The position numbers and the translations under genes were made by a program. Of a stretch of DNA of 64,000 nt, positions 28,059 through 42,121 are shown one piece after another. Within the stretch, counting starts at the first letter, position 1, and each line of letters begins with the position of its first letter. Source of the stretch: Eledone cirrhosa (lineage: Eukaryota). The DNA is taken from contig OZ024745.1 in NCBI GenBank assembly GCA_964016885.1, positions 62,434,001 through 62,498,000 on the forward strand, in the 5' to 3' direction. The notes beneath the pieces were generated by a model. That model was not told where the DNA came from. It was given only the letters and a program-made list of their open reading frames with translations, and did no database searches.

Positions 28059-28117
<59 letters not shown>

Positions 28118-28150
28118 TATATATATAAATATATATATATATATGTATAT

Positions 28151-28201
<51 letters not shown>

Positions 28202-28841
28202 TCCACACACAAACTAATCAAAACCATCACCTCGATTCACATCTCTACTCACAGACAAATTGAAAGAAACCAAAATGTGTTCCATTATTCCTCACGGTGA
28301 TCACAGATAACGAAACCTTTCATGTGAATTCTCTTACTAAACACCATTTTCTTCTACAGAAATATATGAAAATGTATTTTTAAAATGCTAAAAATGTGCC
28401 AAGATCTTGACATCTGAAAACACAAAAATGAATGTATTATGAAAAAATAAAATGTTCGACATATATTTACACAAAATTTAATAAACTTAAACAAGAATTG
28501 AAGCCAAATATTCCAATAATCACGTTAAGAACGACACGAATTGAAACCCATTAAAAGGAAAATGCTTCGAAACAAATAACAAAACCGAAAACATGATAAC
28601 TCTCTGTAAGATCATTTCAAATAGATGTACTTTTGTAAATACACATTAATAAATCAATAAATAAAATCAACACAAAATTATCGACATATATACTAGTATG
28701 AAAAAAGCTGAGAGGACATTATATATTATTGTCTACACATGCATGATTAAGAACACATGCATGATTAAGCACACAAGTAATATACACGCATAGACAAAAG
28801 ATGCGGTCATTAATATAAGACAAGTATACACACATTCACAG

Positions 28842-28919
<78 letters not shown>

Positions 28920-29699
28920 CTCGAAATTAATGTTTAACTGTCACTCAATGCCATTTTGTGAATATGTTACAATATCTAAGTGTGTTACGGCGATGTGCTA
29001 TCAGGTCTCAGTGCTTCTTATCTATGTCAGACTTAAGGTCAAGGAGCACGGCGATGAGATTACTTTCAATTTCCATTATTGTGTTGTGTTTTGTTTATGT
29101 ATTTAATCTCATTCTTGAATTTTAGCTAGACGTGCCTTATTGTAGTAGGGCGATGCATTAGCGGATGATAGGTGGGAAATCCTACGACAAATATTTGGGA
29201 CCAGATTTTAAAACTTTCGGTTTAGTGTGTATGAGGATCCTCAGTTAATATAATTTAGTTTTCTGTTAGTATTGTACGTTTTATACGATGCTGAACTAAA
29301 AGTTAAGATAACGACAGGGAAAGTGGTGTTACAAATTTGAAGTCCTAGCGTGCGAAAATGTTCTATTTAAATCCTTACGGAACCTATCCAGGGAATCGCC
29401 ATTACATTTATCGGAGAAACAAACGCCATCCACTCTGTATAGATCAATATCATAGTTGAAAAACTATTCAAGCCATTATATGAAGGATATATAAGCAAAC
29501 CTGTTTGGTCTCATCTGTGCTGACATACAACCCAAACGAGACATCGATGAAATACTCTCTATTGGAATTTTAACTCATATAATCCGATAGCTGAATAGAA
29601 GAGTCCTTAGCTTGACGTCCTGGTCGTTAAACTAATTAAACTCCGGTTGAAAACTAATATATTTATTTAAAACTGGCCTAGAAATAGAGAGGGAAAATG

Positions 29700-31450
29700 G
29701 CTACTATATCGAAAAGGCCGAATTAAGCTTTATTTTGCTAAGGAATATGCCTGACCCAAAATAAAGCAGACCTTGTGTTGTTCAGTTGTAAGAGGTTAGT
29801 GATATTCTTAATCTATAAAATAGCCAGTCATAAAATTTCACTAGCTGGGGTTATCTCTACAGATAGGCCTGTAAGAAATGTCAGGTCTATGGAACTTCAT
29901 CGTGTTGAAGGCGCCCATCTTATGTGTCTAGCTATTTTATTAGCCTCATCATTAATTTGTGTATCGGTAAAAATGTAACATTTGAAAATCACAGGTCTAT
30001 ATTTATATATCATTTATTGTTTTTAATCATGCAAATTTCAATGTTGTCAAAGAGTACCGGTTTCGACTGGTATCTTATCAAATTATTTTTTTAAATGTGC
30101 TCTCATATATTTTGAGCAGTTAGAACATATGAATTTACTCTCAAGTTGTTTTCCTATATATAAGTTCTTTGTGAAAGTGTGGTGCTGTGGGTTGTAATCG
30201 TGTTCAATAGGTCAACATTCAATAGATTTACTTGACGATTCTATTGATTTAAATGGAAACTTTTCTATTCAAAATAATGGCCCTGATTGATTTTGTGTGT
30301 AGTTAGGTGTCGTTCCATAGTGTCAGTAGTTCAGGTTTATTTAATAAGTAAAAGAACGAAAATAGCTAAAGTAGATAATACGATGATTGAAAGTAATTTA
30401 GAAAATATTATTACAAAGACAAATGTATAAATAAAAGTTTTGAAATGTTTTATAATCCAATTAACCCTCTCCCCTTTCGAGGGGGGCACATTCCTAATTT
30501 GGGACGCGCCGTGCAGTGACTCATTTACTACCTCGAGCCATCTCTCTCCGGCCACAAGCCCAGGCACGGCTATCTAAAATGTGTAGGAGAGGGATGTAGT
30601 TAAATACCAGGGCCTAACCGACCGCTTTCTGTTAGAAAACAGTCCACGTTGAGACCTCTGGCCTCCCACTGCCGATTTCCTCCTTAAATTCGGAAATGCT
30701 TAATTGCTATGTTTGGTTGTCAAGGTTTTACATGTATCATTCATCGGTCTGCATGTATGTATTTTCAGTAGGCCATAAAAATATTTCTTTCCGTTTGAAG
30801 TGCCTTATGTACTCGATTTCCGCTGTGGCTAGAACTTTACGGTACTTATAGACTAAAGTTAATAGATTTTCCATTACTTTCGATTGTTTGTAGTTGAATG
30901 GTTTTTCATAGCACCTGTTACAGAAGTCTTTAAACCTGATGATTACAGTGCTATTTTATCAGCTTCTTTAATACTGATTTCAGTGGGTTTTTTTACAAAA
31001 TCGATTAGGTTCTTTCATTTATGCTTTCAGAAATTTGATTTTGTATTTCCATTGATTTTTTTTTTTTTCAAAAAGAAAATTCATAATGTGTTCGCAGTAG
31101 GAGACTAGGGCTTTATTTCTTCCATCCTTTCAGCAGAAATCACTTTCATTTCTAACTAATGATTCATCTTCATTTTCATTGTTTTTGGAGAAGATTGCTG
31201 CTAGTTTGCGTTTTCGGCAGAATTCTTTGATGTCGTTTACATTTCGGCGTAGTTAGGTTTTGTGGGGTGGGTGTAAATTTCAATCCTTAACTTGTTTCTT
31301 AATGACTTTTTGAAAGGTTGATTACGTTCTGTTTCTCATGCGAGGAGACAATCCTGTGTCCTAGTATTTCTGACCTTATGCTAAAAAGAGTTGATTTTGA
31401 GCGAAGCAGTTATCTGTCATTTGACTGATATATGTGGGTTGATAGTTTGA
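29700..31450 (-). mobile_element. Possible highly degenerate L1/Tx1-type ORF1 relic
   Basis: Fragments such as WEARGLNVDCFLTE and GLVAGERWLEVVNE loosely parallel the ORF1 at 58989-60866; many stops. Confidence 0.3.
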
Positions 31451-31451
31451 A

Positions 31452-31536
31452 TTTTTATGGAAATTGCTGTTGTACTGGGGATGGTAATTGCAATAGTTCA
31501 TCTTCTGTAGGGGCTCTGATGAAATGTTATGTGATC

Positions 31537-31626
<90 letters not shown>

Positions 31627-31710
31627 GATCACATAACATTTCATCAGGGCCCCTACAGAAGATGAACTATCGCAATTAACATCCCCAGTACAACAGCAAG
31701 TTCCATAAAA
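31452..31710. repeat. ~88 bp inverted repeat centred on (TA)n
   Basis: 31452-31540 is the reverse complement of 31623-31710. Confidence 0.85.
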
Positions 31711-31770
31711 AAAAATATATATATAGTAACGAAACATAAGTCAATTGCATGAACTCATAATCCTTTATTT

Positions 31771-32640
31771 ACTGCTATATATATTTCGATGATAGCCATT
31801 GAATGCCTATGACCCCATCAGGCAGTTAGTCAGTTCTTAGATATGCCAGCTCTGTGTTTATGGTGTTGATTGTATCAGAGCCTTGGGACATATGAGCTTG
31901 TTAGGGATAATTTAATGTTGTCAGCAGGAATAATCTTAATTCTCATTGGTCAGTTTGTAGATGCTAGTAGGGTTGGTATTTGACCTCAAAGAGGCAGGTG
32001 GTGTTGTAAAGTTCAAACCGTCAGGCAAGATGACAATAGTTCCATATGACTGATTTTCACAAAAAGCATTCCTGGTCAGATATATATTCAATTGGGGTTT
32101 ATAGTATGAAATTCGATACTACAGGTCATTCTTAAATTGAGGAATTTATGTGGGGTAGTACTACTGAAAATTATGGATAGAGTCGAATACTAGAAAGTTT
32201 ACATATAAAAAGACTTATGTTGGTTGACTTGCGCATACACTCACATCCACCTCCACAGACACACACGCACACATCCACACATACAAATTGAGGAGTTTAT
32301 GTGGGGTGGTAATACTGAAAATTATGGTTAGAGTCAAATACTGAGAAAGTTTACAAATAAAAAGACTTATGTTGGTTGACTTGTATATACACTCACACCT
32401 CCCCCCACACACCTACACACACAAATGCATACAGGTGTGTATATATATATGTATGTACGCACAAGTGCATACATATATACAACAGAGGCCCCCAAATCCA
32501 AGTATAAAAAGAGGTGGGTGTTATTTTTAAAGAAAAGTAAAGTGAGTGTTTGGAAAAGTTATTGTTTAGACTAGACAAAAGTAGAGTGTGCTATATATCT
32601 TCACAGCAATAGGTTGGGGGATTTGGAGCTTAGGCGAATC
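31771..32640 (-). mobile_element. Degenerate PLE 3' fragment with HHR (31771-31826)
   Basis: Minus strand: actgc CTGATGG ggtcatagg..ggctatcatc GAAA tatata TA gcagt (same family as 14262); linker-like relic near 32520-32620. Confidence 0.6.
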
Positions 32641-32915
32641 CCTTAGTACAGACATATATAGGTACACGCACCCACCCACACTTTTATACCTCTGAATGCG
32701 TGTGTATGTCTATATACACATGTGCACTCATACAAGAGAGCATATACAAATATACTCTTAAGCATACACTCGAACATTTTTCAAATGCAATCTGGGGTAT
32801 TAGTATTTCGTTATATATATATATATTTCGTTATATATACATATATATATATATATATTTCGTTATATATATATATATTTCGTTATATATATATATATAT
32901 TTCGTTATTTTTACT

Positions 32916-32949
<34 letters not shown>

Positions 32950-32951
<2 letters not shown>

Positions 32952-33487
32952 GGAACATGTTCAAGACCCCGACGCCAGAACTCGAGCCGTTTCGACGGCT
33001 ATTTCTGGAGTAAATTAGAATTTTTAGCGTGGTAATAAATAAGTTTTTAATCTCAATTTATCAACCTTTTAAATTTATAACTTCCCACTCTCAGATTCCT
33101 CCAGAATTCTTTCTGGCTCACCTAATTTCATACACACTCTTTAGAATTTGCTGTATAGAATTCACTTTCAACGCTTGACCGGCTCCACCCACTCCCTCAT
33201 TGTTCTACAGGCAAGTTCAGCAACCCCCACCTCCCGCCAACCGTCATGAAATATTTAATTGCGTTTACAAGAAATTTTGACCAATTCTTGTGACAACTAC
33301 AATCTTCCCATATAAGGAATTACCCCTTGAAAAGTTCGGCTATTTATTACCACGCTAAACATTCTAATTTAGTCCAGAAATAGCCGTCGAAACGGCTTGA
33401 GCTCTGCCGTCCGGGTCTTGAAAATTTTCCTATTACCCACTCTGGTGCGTTATCGTCCATCTGGTTCCTTACAACACTTCCTTCGTT
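32950..33487 (+). mobile_element. Family A copy 3 (long form) with complete HHR at 33322-33416
   Basis: Arms ~32950-33040 / ~33342-33432; acccc TTGAAAA g..cggctattt...aaatagccgtc GAAA cggc-ttgagctct-gccg TC cgggt. Confidence 0.8.
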
Positions 33488-33514
33488 ATATATATATATA
33501 TGTCTCTCTCTCTC

Positions 33515-33651
<137 letters not shown>

Positions 33652-33868
33652 GCACACATACACACACACACGCACACACACACATATATATATAAAGAGA
33701 GAGAAAGAAAGAGAGAAAGAGAGATAGAGAGACGGAGAGAGAGAGAGAAGGTAGGCGTGCGCGTGGAGATATAGGCGTGCGCGTGGGAATATACTCAGGT
33801 ATTTCCTAATGTTTGTTGAGTGAGTTGGGATTTGGCCGGAGTATCGCTATTAGCTTTCTCCGTATATG

Positions 33869-33909
<41 letters not shown>

Positions 33910-34232
33910 CTACAAGAATTTTTGCAACACGAATTGGCGCGAAATTTATAGTCCTTATTCACGTGACATTCAACAACCAACCAAATCTTAATACCCTCCA
34001 AGCCACTTTTTTCACATAAAACAGGAAGAATTTCCAAAACTGACCAGATTAGAACAAAAATCACGAGCACTCGATCTCAAAATTATTTTTGAAATGTATA
34101 ACAAATGCGCAACCGGTAAAAACTTAGAACTAAAACTGAATACTTACTAATACTTATTACTAATTTATACTTATTCCTAATTAAACTAATTTTCACCGGG
34201 AAAAATTTGTCAGCATTTCCTTTTCCTCTTTA

Positions 34233-34284
<52 letters not shown>

Positions 34285-34619
34285 TATATGTAGGAGGTGA
34301 GTTTTATTGTAGTACAATAAAGCAATGCAGATATCGGATAAGAAGTACTCTACAGTTTGTAGGACTGGAGTATACATTATATATAAGATCAAAAGATCGT
34401 TAAAAGAGTTCCATGTATTTTATTATGCGCATTTCAAAAACAAATATCATCATACAATAACATTTGTGTTTTCATCAGATAAAATAGGAAGACATGATAT
34501 GAAGGTTAAAAAGCACTTGTGGATAGTGCAGTTTTAAATCAACATATGAAAAGTAGTTTTAGATTGATGTGTGATATTGGGAAAAAAACTTTGGCCTATA
34601 TTACCCTTACCATAAACAT

Positions 34620-35780
34620 TTTTGGCCTATATTACCCTTACCATAAAAACAATGAGAACCTAAATTATGTTAATTTTAAATCTAACCACCCCACTAATAT
34701 TAAGAATGCTATAGTTAGTAATATTGGAAAAAGAATATCTAACCGATCTTCTAATAAAAACATCTTTGATGCTAACGCCAATTACTATAATAACGCGCTT
34801 TCTAAAGCCGGCTATCCTGATAAAATCAAATATAGTAAAGAAACAAATTCTAGAAGATCTTACAGTAGAATAATTAATCATGATCATTCCAATAACTTTA
34901 ATAAAAGACCTAGATACAAAAACATAATCTGGTATAATGCTCCTTTCTCCATCTCTATTAATAATAATATTCCTAAATTATTCTTTAGTGCCTTAAATAA
35001 ATGCTTCCCTCCCTCACATATCTATAGTAAAATATTTAACAAACACACTATAAAATTTTCCTATTCGACATCCTCCAACATTTCCAACATTATCTCTAAA
35101 CACAACAATAAAATACTAAATACTAAATCTCTTCCTTCCAACACTGAATATCATAATAATAGTAATAGTACTCCCGACGTCATTGTAAACTCTAGGCTAA
35201 TTTCTTCAAACCCAAATACAACGTCAAACACAACTTCGCTAAATGTTCTTAATCCCATTCTAAATCAAGAAACTATTATTCCTATCGCAAATAACTTCTC
35301 CAATCCAATTCCTTCTATAGATAACACTAGGTCACTCGTTAATAATCTTTCTAATCGCAATTGCAATTGTGCTGTTAAAAATAAATGTCCTCTCAACAAC
35401 CATTGTCTTGATAAAAACTTAATCTACGAATGTAAAGTTATAACTGACACCAATTCCTTCACCTATTTTGGCTCCACTTCCACCTCCTTTAAAGCTTGTC
35501 TTTAAAATCATCATTCGTCTTTTAAATACCAACTTAAAAGAACCAACACGGCTCTCTCAGAACTCATATGGTCCTTGAAAGACAAACATATTAAATATAA
35601 CATGTCTTGGAAAAAGGTTTCTCCTGCTTCTACATACTTGAACAGTTCTCTATCCAAGACTTGCAATCTCTGTCTAAATGAAAAATTGACCATTATATCT
35701 AATTTAGATTCTATAATAAATAGACGCACTGACTTGTTTTCTCTCTGCTTGCATAAATTCCACAGAACTTTCCAATACTT
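34620..35780 (+). pseudogene. PLE RT-thumb, linker and GIY-YIG endonuclease fragment
   Basis: YYPYHK.N....YVN..SNHP; IIWYNAPFS; KFSYSTSSN; CNC....CPL...CL...LIYECKV....TYFGST...FK; TALSELIW.LK; CNLCLNEK; one in-frame stop at 35503. Confidence 0.85.
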
Positions 35781-36447
35781 TATCAATTTAGAATCCTTTT
35801 CTCAAAGGCACATATATATTTATATACTTCTTTAAAAATATACCCATCTTTCTACCTTATTTCAAAGTTAATTATTATACATTATATAATACTTGTTACT
35901 CATTCTATACCACTCATATTTATCACTTCCCTTTCTTCCTTTTCCTTTTCTTTTCTTTTTCTTTTAATTTCTAACCCCTAATCTGTACCTTTTTCTCACT
36001 GTGCCTAACATAGAAACAATTATTACACAATACAATATATTCTTACTTCATATCACCTTGAAAAAATCCTTCGTAAACATAAACATTTTTTTGACGTTAG
36101 ATTATTCATCCTAAATTCATTATTTTTTTCTCACTTTCATGCTATCCTATTTCATCCTATCTTCTACTCTTTTCACAATATATCCTTACTTACATTACCT
36201 TTGCTATTTTTAATAATACATATCAACATTTTCTTTCAATCGCACATATTATTAAATCCTTAAATATTATTCTTAATACATATTAACAATTTCTTTTCAT
36301 CGCACATATTATTAAACCCTTCAATATACAAACCTTAACTTTACATTATTTTTCTCTTCGTTAATTTTCAAATTCTTTTAATTTATACATTATCTTCCAA
36401 CGGTTTTTCAACCTCTCTATGTAAAACAATATATTTTTCTCAGTTAT

Positions 36448-36556
<109 letters not shown>

Positions 36557-36753
36557 CCCATCTCTCCTCCTATCTCATCCTTCCTCATTATACTCCTCCC
36601 CATCCACTTAACACTCTCATCTCCTCCTCTTTTTCATCCCCCCCCAAACATTTTTTTCCCCAATATCACACATCAATCTAAAACTACTTTTCATATGTTG
36701 ATTTAAAACTGCACTATCCACAAGTGTTTTTTAACCTTCATATCATGTCTTCC

Positions 36754-36822
36754 TATTTTATCTGATGAAAACAAATGTTATTGCATGATGATATTTGTTT
36801 TTGAAATACGTATAATAAAATA
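36754..36822 (+). ncRNA. Hammerhead ribozyme in PLE 3' pLTR
   Basis: tattttat CTGATGA aaacaaatgt...atatttgttttt GAAA tacgta TA ataaaata. Confidence 0.85.
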
Positions 36823-36852
36823 CATGGAACTCTTTTAACCATCTTTTGATCT

Positions 36853-36921
<69 letters not shown>

Positions 36922-37261
36922 GTGCATGTCAGTTTAAATGTTTAAAAACACGTCACAATAAATACATTAGGAAGGCGCTAATTAATTTCTAAATTCTCAT
37001 AAGTAAGAATTTGGTCTCAATATTTTTACAATCTTATTATGCTATGATGAGTAAAAGCATGTTCTGTTGATGTTATATAAAACTGATTTTACATGGGGAT
37101 ATACAATTTAATTTTAAATTTACATATTGTCAAGAATAATTCCGAATATAATTCTTTAAATAAAAGACAAGACAGAATAAAATTAATTTTTCAAAAAACT
37201 TAATATATATTTATATATACACACTGATACACACCCACACGCTCTCCACGCGCACGCCTAT

Positions 37262-37315
<54 letters not shown>

Positions 37316-37342
37316 GTGTGTGCGTGTGTGTGTGTATGTGTG

Positions 37343-37373
<31 letters not shown>

Positions 37374-37378
37374 GTATA

Positions 37379-37543
<165 letters not shown>

Positions 37544-37812
37544 AAGACAAGAATCCTATCGTTTTAGCTGTATTATATTTTAATTCTGTTCAGCGAAATT
37601 CAAATTACATCAGAATGTTATGAATTAGTGATCTGAAAATTGACGTAAACTAACATCGACATTTATCAACGCATAACAGAAGTAAATACGTTTGTTTCCA
37701 ATGTTTAATTGTTTTTGCTTCTATCCTTCTCTATGAAACATTTTCATTATAGGGATGTTATGTGTATCTATATGTATACGTGTGTGTGCATACTAGTATC
37801 ACCCACACACAT

Positions 37813-37920
<108 letters not shown>

Positions 37921-37949
37921 ACACATACATATATATATGTATATATATA

Positions 37950-38495
37950 TTGGGCGGGTCATGATGCCAATAAAATGAAACGCACCTGTTGGATTTATCA
38001 TCAGTTCATTCCAAATTTCCAGTTAGTTGGTTAAAGAATTGGACGAATATTCATTTATGTTTTGTTAAAGCTCTTTTGTGACACATTTTGTGATCTCCAC
38101 AGTGACCAATTTATTTTGTTTCTCTCCTTTGTTAACTCCTACACCACCTTGGTTTTTTAGGTGCTGTGTGCTTGGGTTGCGTATGCGCCATATCTGGGTG
38201 TGTGTGTTTATTTATTGTTATATGTTTATTTACTTGCCCCAAGTTGGTTGTTTGTTCTATCTGTGTTTGTCTAGTTTGTTTTATTAGTGTGATTATAAAT
38301 TGTCTCTGTATGTATTTCTCTTACCCTTAATTACTAGTTGTAATGTTAGTATTCCACCTATGTTTTCTGTTTAATTTTGCTTTAACTTCGTTTATGTTTA
38401 TCGTTTCTGTAATCCATTGGAGCATTCCATCTTTTCCTCTTTATTTCTATGTTCTATAGAGTGCTCCCATATTCCATTTTGGCATGCTCGTGGAT
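37950..38495 (-). mobile_element. Degenerate Naiad-like PLE 3' fragment
   Basis: Reverse-complement homology to 13000-13460 (KLNRKH.W relic, 3' UTR, pLTR terminus). Confidence 0.7.
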
Positions 38496-38589
38496 TTCAT
38501 CCCATCAGAGTTTTCACCAGAAAACTGTTCCATCAGGTTAAGTGGACTGATCAGATAAGCTCTGTGCAGTGACTTTGTAAACGTATCAA

Positions 38590-39110
38590 TATTAGTATGT
38601 ATTATGAGGATCAGCTTTTCGAATTAGTGTATGCGAGGTTAGTATATGAGGTTTATTCCATCTATCTGAATGGAAGATATCGTCTAGTGCATTGCCATCT
38701 ACATTGGCGATTATATAGATACACATGGGGCTGTCGCTGTTGAAACCCTCAGCAGTATCGCAGGGTACATGAGCAACAGAGAAGGTGTATCTGCGTGAAA
38801 TCAAGATGAGATGTGTTTGTAGATATTCCCATTGCAGTTACTCCATAAGGGTTGCCTCCCATTTCATTGTTTAAGTTTATGTTTAGGAATTTCACGCGTT
38901 CCGCACGGCTGTTTTTTTGGTGGCAATTCCATCGATGTGACTCACAGTAAGTTCAGCTAAGGTCAAAGCAAGAATATCCAGTCGAAGATTACCAGTGGTA
39001 GGCGTCTCTTGAAGGGGGATTTCTGTGACATTATGTGTCTGAAGAAGGTGTGAGGTGAAGGCTTCAGAATATTCAGTAGCAGTAAAAATTCGGGTGATGC
39101 CTGCTCGGAA
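38590..39110 (-). mobile_element. Degenerate APE endonuclease of an Ingi/Vingi-like LINE
   Basis: LLQTHNVTEIPLQET...DGIAT; NIYK; AEGFNS (GDFN-like)...NVDGNAL; FHSDRWN (FHS.RWN). Confidence 0.55.
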
Positions 39111-39824
39111 AAGGTCACGTTTTTCGGGTCGATCTACGGCTGCGATCGTCGAGGATGCATCACAAATCCTATACAGAATACAGGTAACATATCTATAGTA
39201 TTTTCTATAAAGAAACCAATACCTGACAACAAGTTCCAATTATAACTTGATTGAGGAAATGTTGTGGATGCCAGTTCAGAAAATGTTTAAACTGGAATCG
39301 TGTTTTCAATGACGCCTATAAATGAAAGATACACGTAAATCACATATATGCACACACAGAAATCAATGGCGAAGCATTACACAACTCCATGCACATATAT
39401 ACAAATACAAACACGCTCCGACACTCTAGCACATACACACACATTCCACAGACACACATATATATTGACATACATATAAATAAATTCATGTAGTTACACG
39501 AGGAGAAATTAACGTAAAACGTGACGGAAAAACGTGAGGAACAAAACGATAACTAGAAAGAACTTACTATAAAACAGAGAAGAACATGAGCAACAATTGT
39601 AATTCGCAAGCTTTGATAGCAACATTTTTATACATGTATTTACATACGTATAATTATCTTGTGCTTTATAGTTGTACGTGTAGCGATATGTCATATTAAA
39701 GTGAACAAAATTAAGAAAATCCAATGAATCGATATCTCAACACGTCATTACCAGCATTATTTGATTTCTTATTGGTAAAAGTTTGAGCATATGCATGAAA
39801 TACCGTACTCAGAGGATATAATTA

Positions 39825-39857
<33 letters not shown>

Positions 39858-40333
39858 AATACAGCCTCACAGCGATGCCAATGTATGGAATGAATCACTG
39901 ACATAAATCATTATTTGTGTAACATGAAAATTTGTTCCATGTTCCATACGTTTTATTCTTTTAGGATAAATTACTCACACATTAATTTTCAAATACCAAT
40001 CGGCAACTATACATATATTCTTAGATAACTACCCACCATTACTCATTCAATCACACACACATCTGTATGTGTGTCTTATATAATAGTTTAATATATCATA
40101 TTGTACTATATTATAGTACGGTTTCGTATAGTCTTGTTGGGTGAAGTATTCTACATTATAGCATAGTATGAAATATATACTATGTGAGTGTTTCGAGCTA
40201 ATTATTCAACTCAAAGTTTATCAACTTGGCATGTGTTGATCCAAGGATATTTCCAAATCATAGCCCCTTCTCTCTGGACATATTGGCGCCTGATTTGCAT
40301 ATATATATATATACTCATATATAAATACAAGCA

Positions 40334-40364
<31 letters not shown>

Positions 40365-40370
<6 letters not shown>

Positions 40371-41026
40371 TTGAAAAGGTAACACACTAGAGAGAGATAT
40401 ACAGTGCGGTATCAATAAAAGAGGGAAAAAACCACCAGTCTATGGAATCTATAACCTATGAAAGGCAGACTATAGACACGATAATTAAAAATATAAATTA
40501 AAGCGTAAATAAATACCTCTATAACTATATAACACACGTACAAATCCAAAGAGATCTTTTCGCCAGTAAGTTGTTGACAGAAATGGAATAACCTCGGTTC
40601 CTCAGCGTGTGTAAGGCTATACATTTCAGACAACACTAATTGAATTTTAAAAGTGACTGTCCAGCTACACGTGGGAGAGAGAAGTCACAGCGTGTTTAAG
40701 GGCAGTGGACCAGTGGCCTCTGAGGGACGAGCTGCTAGAAAGGGCAGGCCAAAACCACTCAGTGAAGTGTGCTCGACCAAACAGAGAGATAGGAAAGACT
40801 GTTATAAGGAGCGAAATATCACGATAAATTAACGGAGCCATAGGCCCTCGCCATTCCCTGTAAATAATGTGCTCAAAGGAGAAGAAATCCTGAGCTCTTT
40901 TTAAATACAATATGTTGAAAAGGTAACACACTAGAGAGAGATATACAGTGCGCTATCAATAAAACAGGGAATTGAGCACATTATTTACAGGGAATGGCGA
41001 GGGCCTATGGCTCGGTTAATTTATCG

Positions 41027-41028
<2 letters not shown>
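40365..41028. mobile_element. TA-flanked element with direct and inverted repeats
   Basis: Direct repeat 40365-40427 / 40909-40971; inverted repeat 40822-40876 / 40972-41026. Confidence 0.65.
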
Positions 41029-41085
<57 letters not shown>

Positions 41086-41088
<3 letters not shown>

Positions 41089-41420
41089 AAGGAGTGTAAT
41101 GCGGAGTTACTGTAGGTTCACCCGGGTGAGCACTCGATTTACATCAGTATCGAGGTGTAGAGCTAGACAGAGCGTACTTTAATAATACACGTACGAATTG
41201 CTACTCCACCATTACATTTATTGGTTAGTGACACGCGTTTGCCTACTGATCAGTTCATGTATATTTATTCTGTCATTACTACCACTGAGGTCCGACGAGC
41301 TATTGATTCCACAGTCGTGCTAGATAGATACAGATCATACCTTGAGCTGATCAGTAGCGAAACGCGCGTTACCAACCAATAAATGTAATGAAGGAGTAAC
41401 CATTCCTCCTTGTAATATTA
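41086..41420. mobile_element. Fold-back pLTR mini-element with long-stem-II HHR (41289-41373, +)
   Basis: Arms ~41195-41260 / ~41336-41405; ggt CCGACGA gctattgat...atcagtagc GAAA cgcgcg TT acc. Confidence 0.65.
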
Positions 41421-41479
41421 TATATGTATATATATATATATTTCGTTTCTGAATTTGTTTAGCAAGATTCTTTATCTGA

Positions 41480-41684
41480 AAAGGAATCCCCAGCCACTGA
41501 AGAGGTCACAGAGTGTGTGACGGAAGAACTATGACAATATATAAACAACTATCTGGTTGTGGAACCAACCAACCAACCAGAAATTTATAAATTTATAAAT
41601 TTATTATAAATTCATTATAATAAATTGAAGTGAAAGCAACTGGTGCGTGTGTTTCTTATTGGCAACATGACCCTCCCAAAGTAT

Positions 41685-41690
<6 letters not shown>
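41480..41690 (+). mobile_element. Solo Naiad-like pLTR
   Basis: Homologous to 13290-13462; CTGAAGA ggtcaca..tgtgac; terminus GACCCTCCCAAAGTATAACAAT(AT)n. Confidence 0.75.
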
Positions 41691-41734
<44 letters not shown>

Positions 41735-41741
<7 letters not shown>

Positions 41742-42058
41742 TGTAATAAACAACATGAGGCAATTATTTCATTTACCAGTGGTTTCTTGAAAGCAAACAA
41801 ATTTTTCTTTCAATCATCAGAATAAAAAAAATCGTGGTGTATTTATTGACATTGGATTTTAAAAACAATGATTTTTAAAATCCAATGTCAATAAATACAC
41901 CAGGATTTTTTCATTCTGATGATTGAAAGCAAAATTTGTTTGCTTTCAAGAAACCACTGGTAAATGAAATAATTGCCTTATGTTGTTTATTACATAACTA
42001 TTAAGCTCTGTAACCTACAGAGAGCACTCGTTTTTGGGGATATTTCCGACGGAATTAC

Positions 42059-42062
<4 letters not shown>
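41735..42062 (+). mobile_element. ~265 bp near-perfect palindrome plus 60 bp tail, TA-flanked
   Basis: 41735-41865 inverted versus ~41872-42001. Confidence 0.85.
41909..41969 (+). ncRNA. Canonical type I hammerhead ribozyme
   Basis: tttcatt CTGATGA ttgaaagcaaa-atttg-tttgctttcaa GAAA cc-act-gg TA aatgaaa; predicted cleavage after GUA (41962). Confidence 0.88.

Positions 42063-42121
<59 letters not shown>

Larger units (their letters stand above)
23258..28060 (+). mobile_element. 5'-truncated PLE with inverted pLTR, split by the hAT insertion
   Basis: 23258-23364 plus 26611-26913 is the reverse complement of ~27645-28060; EN C-terminus LQWEVID...FCNLCLLESH at ~26950-27150; HHR minus 23302-23348 (tgct CCGATGA ttccaaa..tttggaa GAAA cgattg TC agca). 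Confidence 0.8.

Noticed and set aside
34519-34620. N-terminus of the 328 aa ORF
   Set aside because: Read from the inverted pLTR; PLE homology starts only near 34620, so it is not a true start
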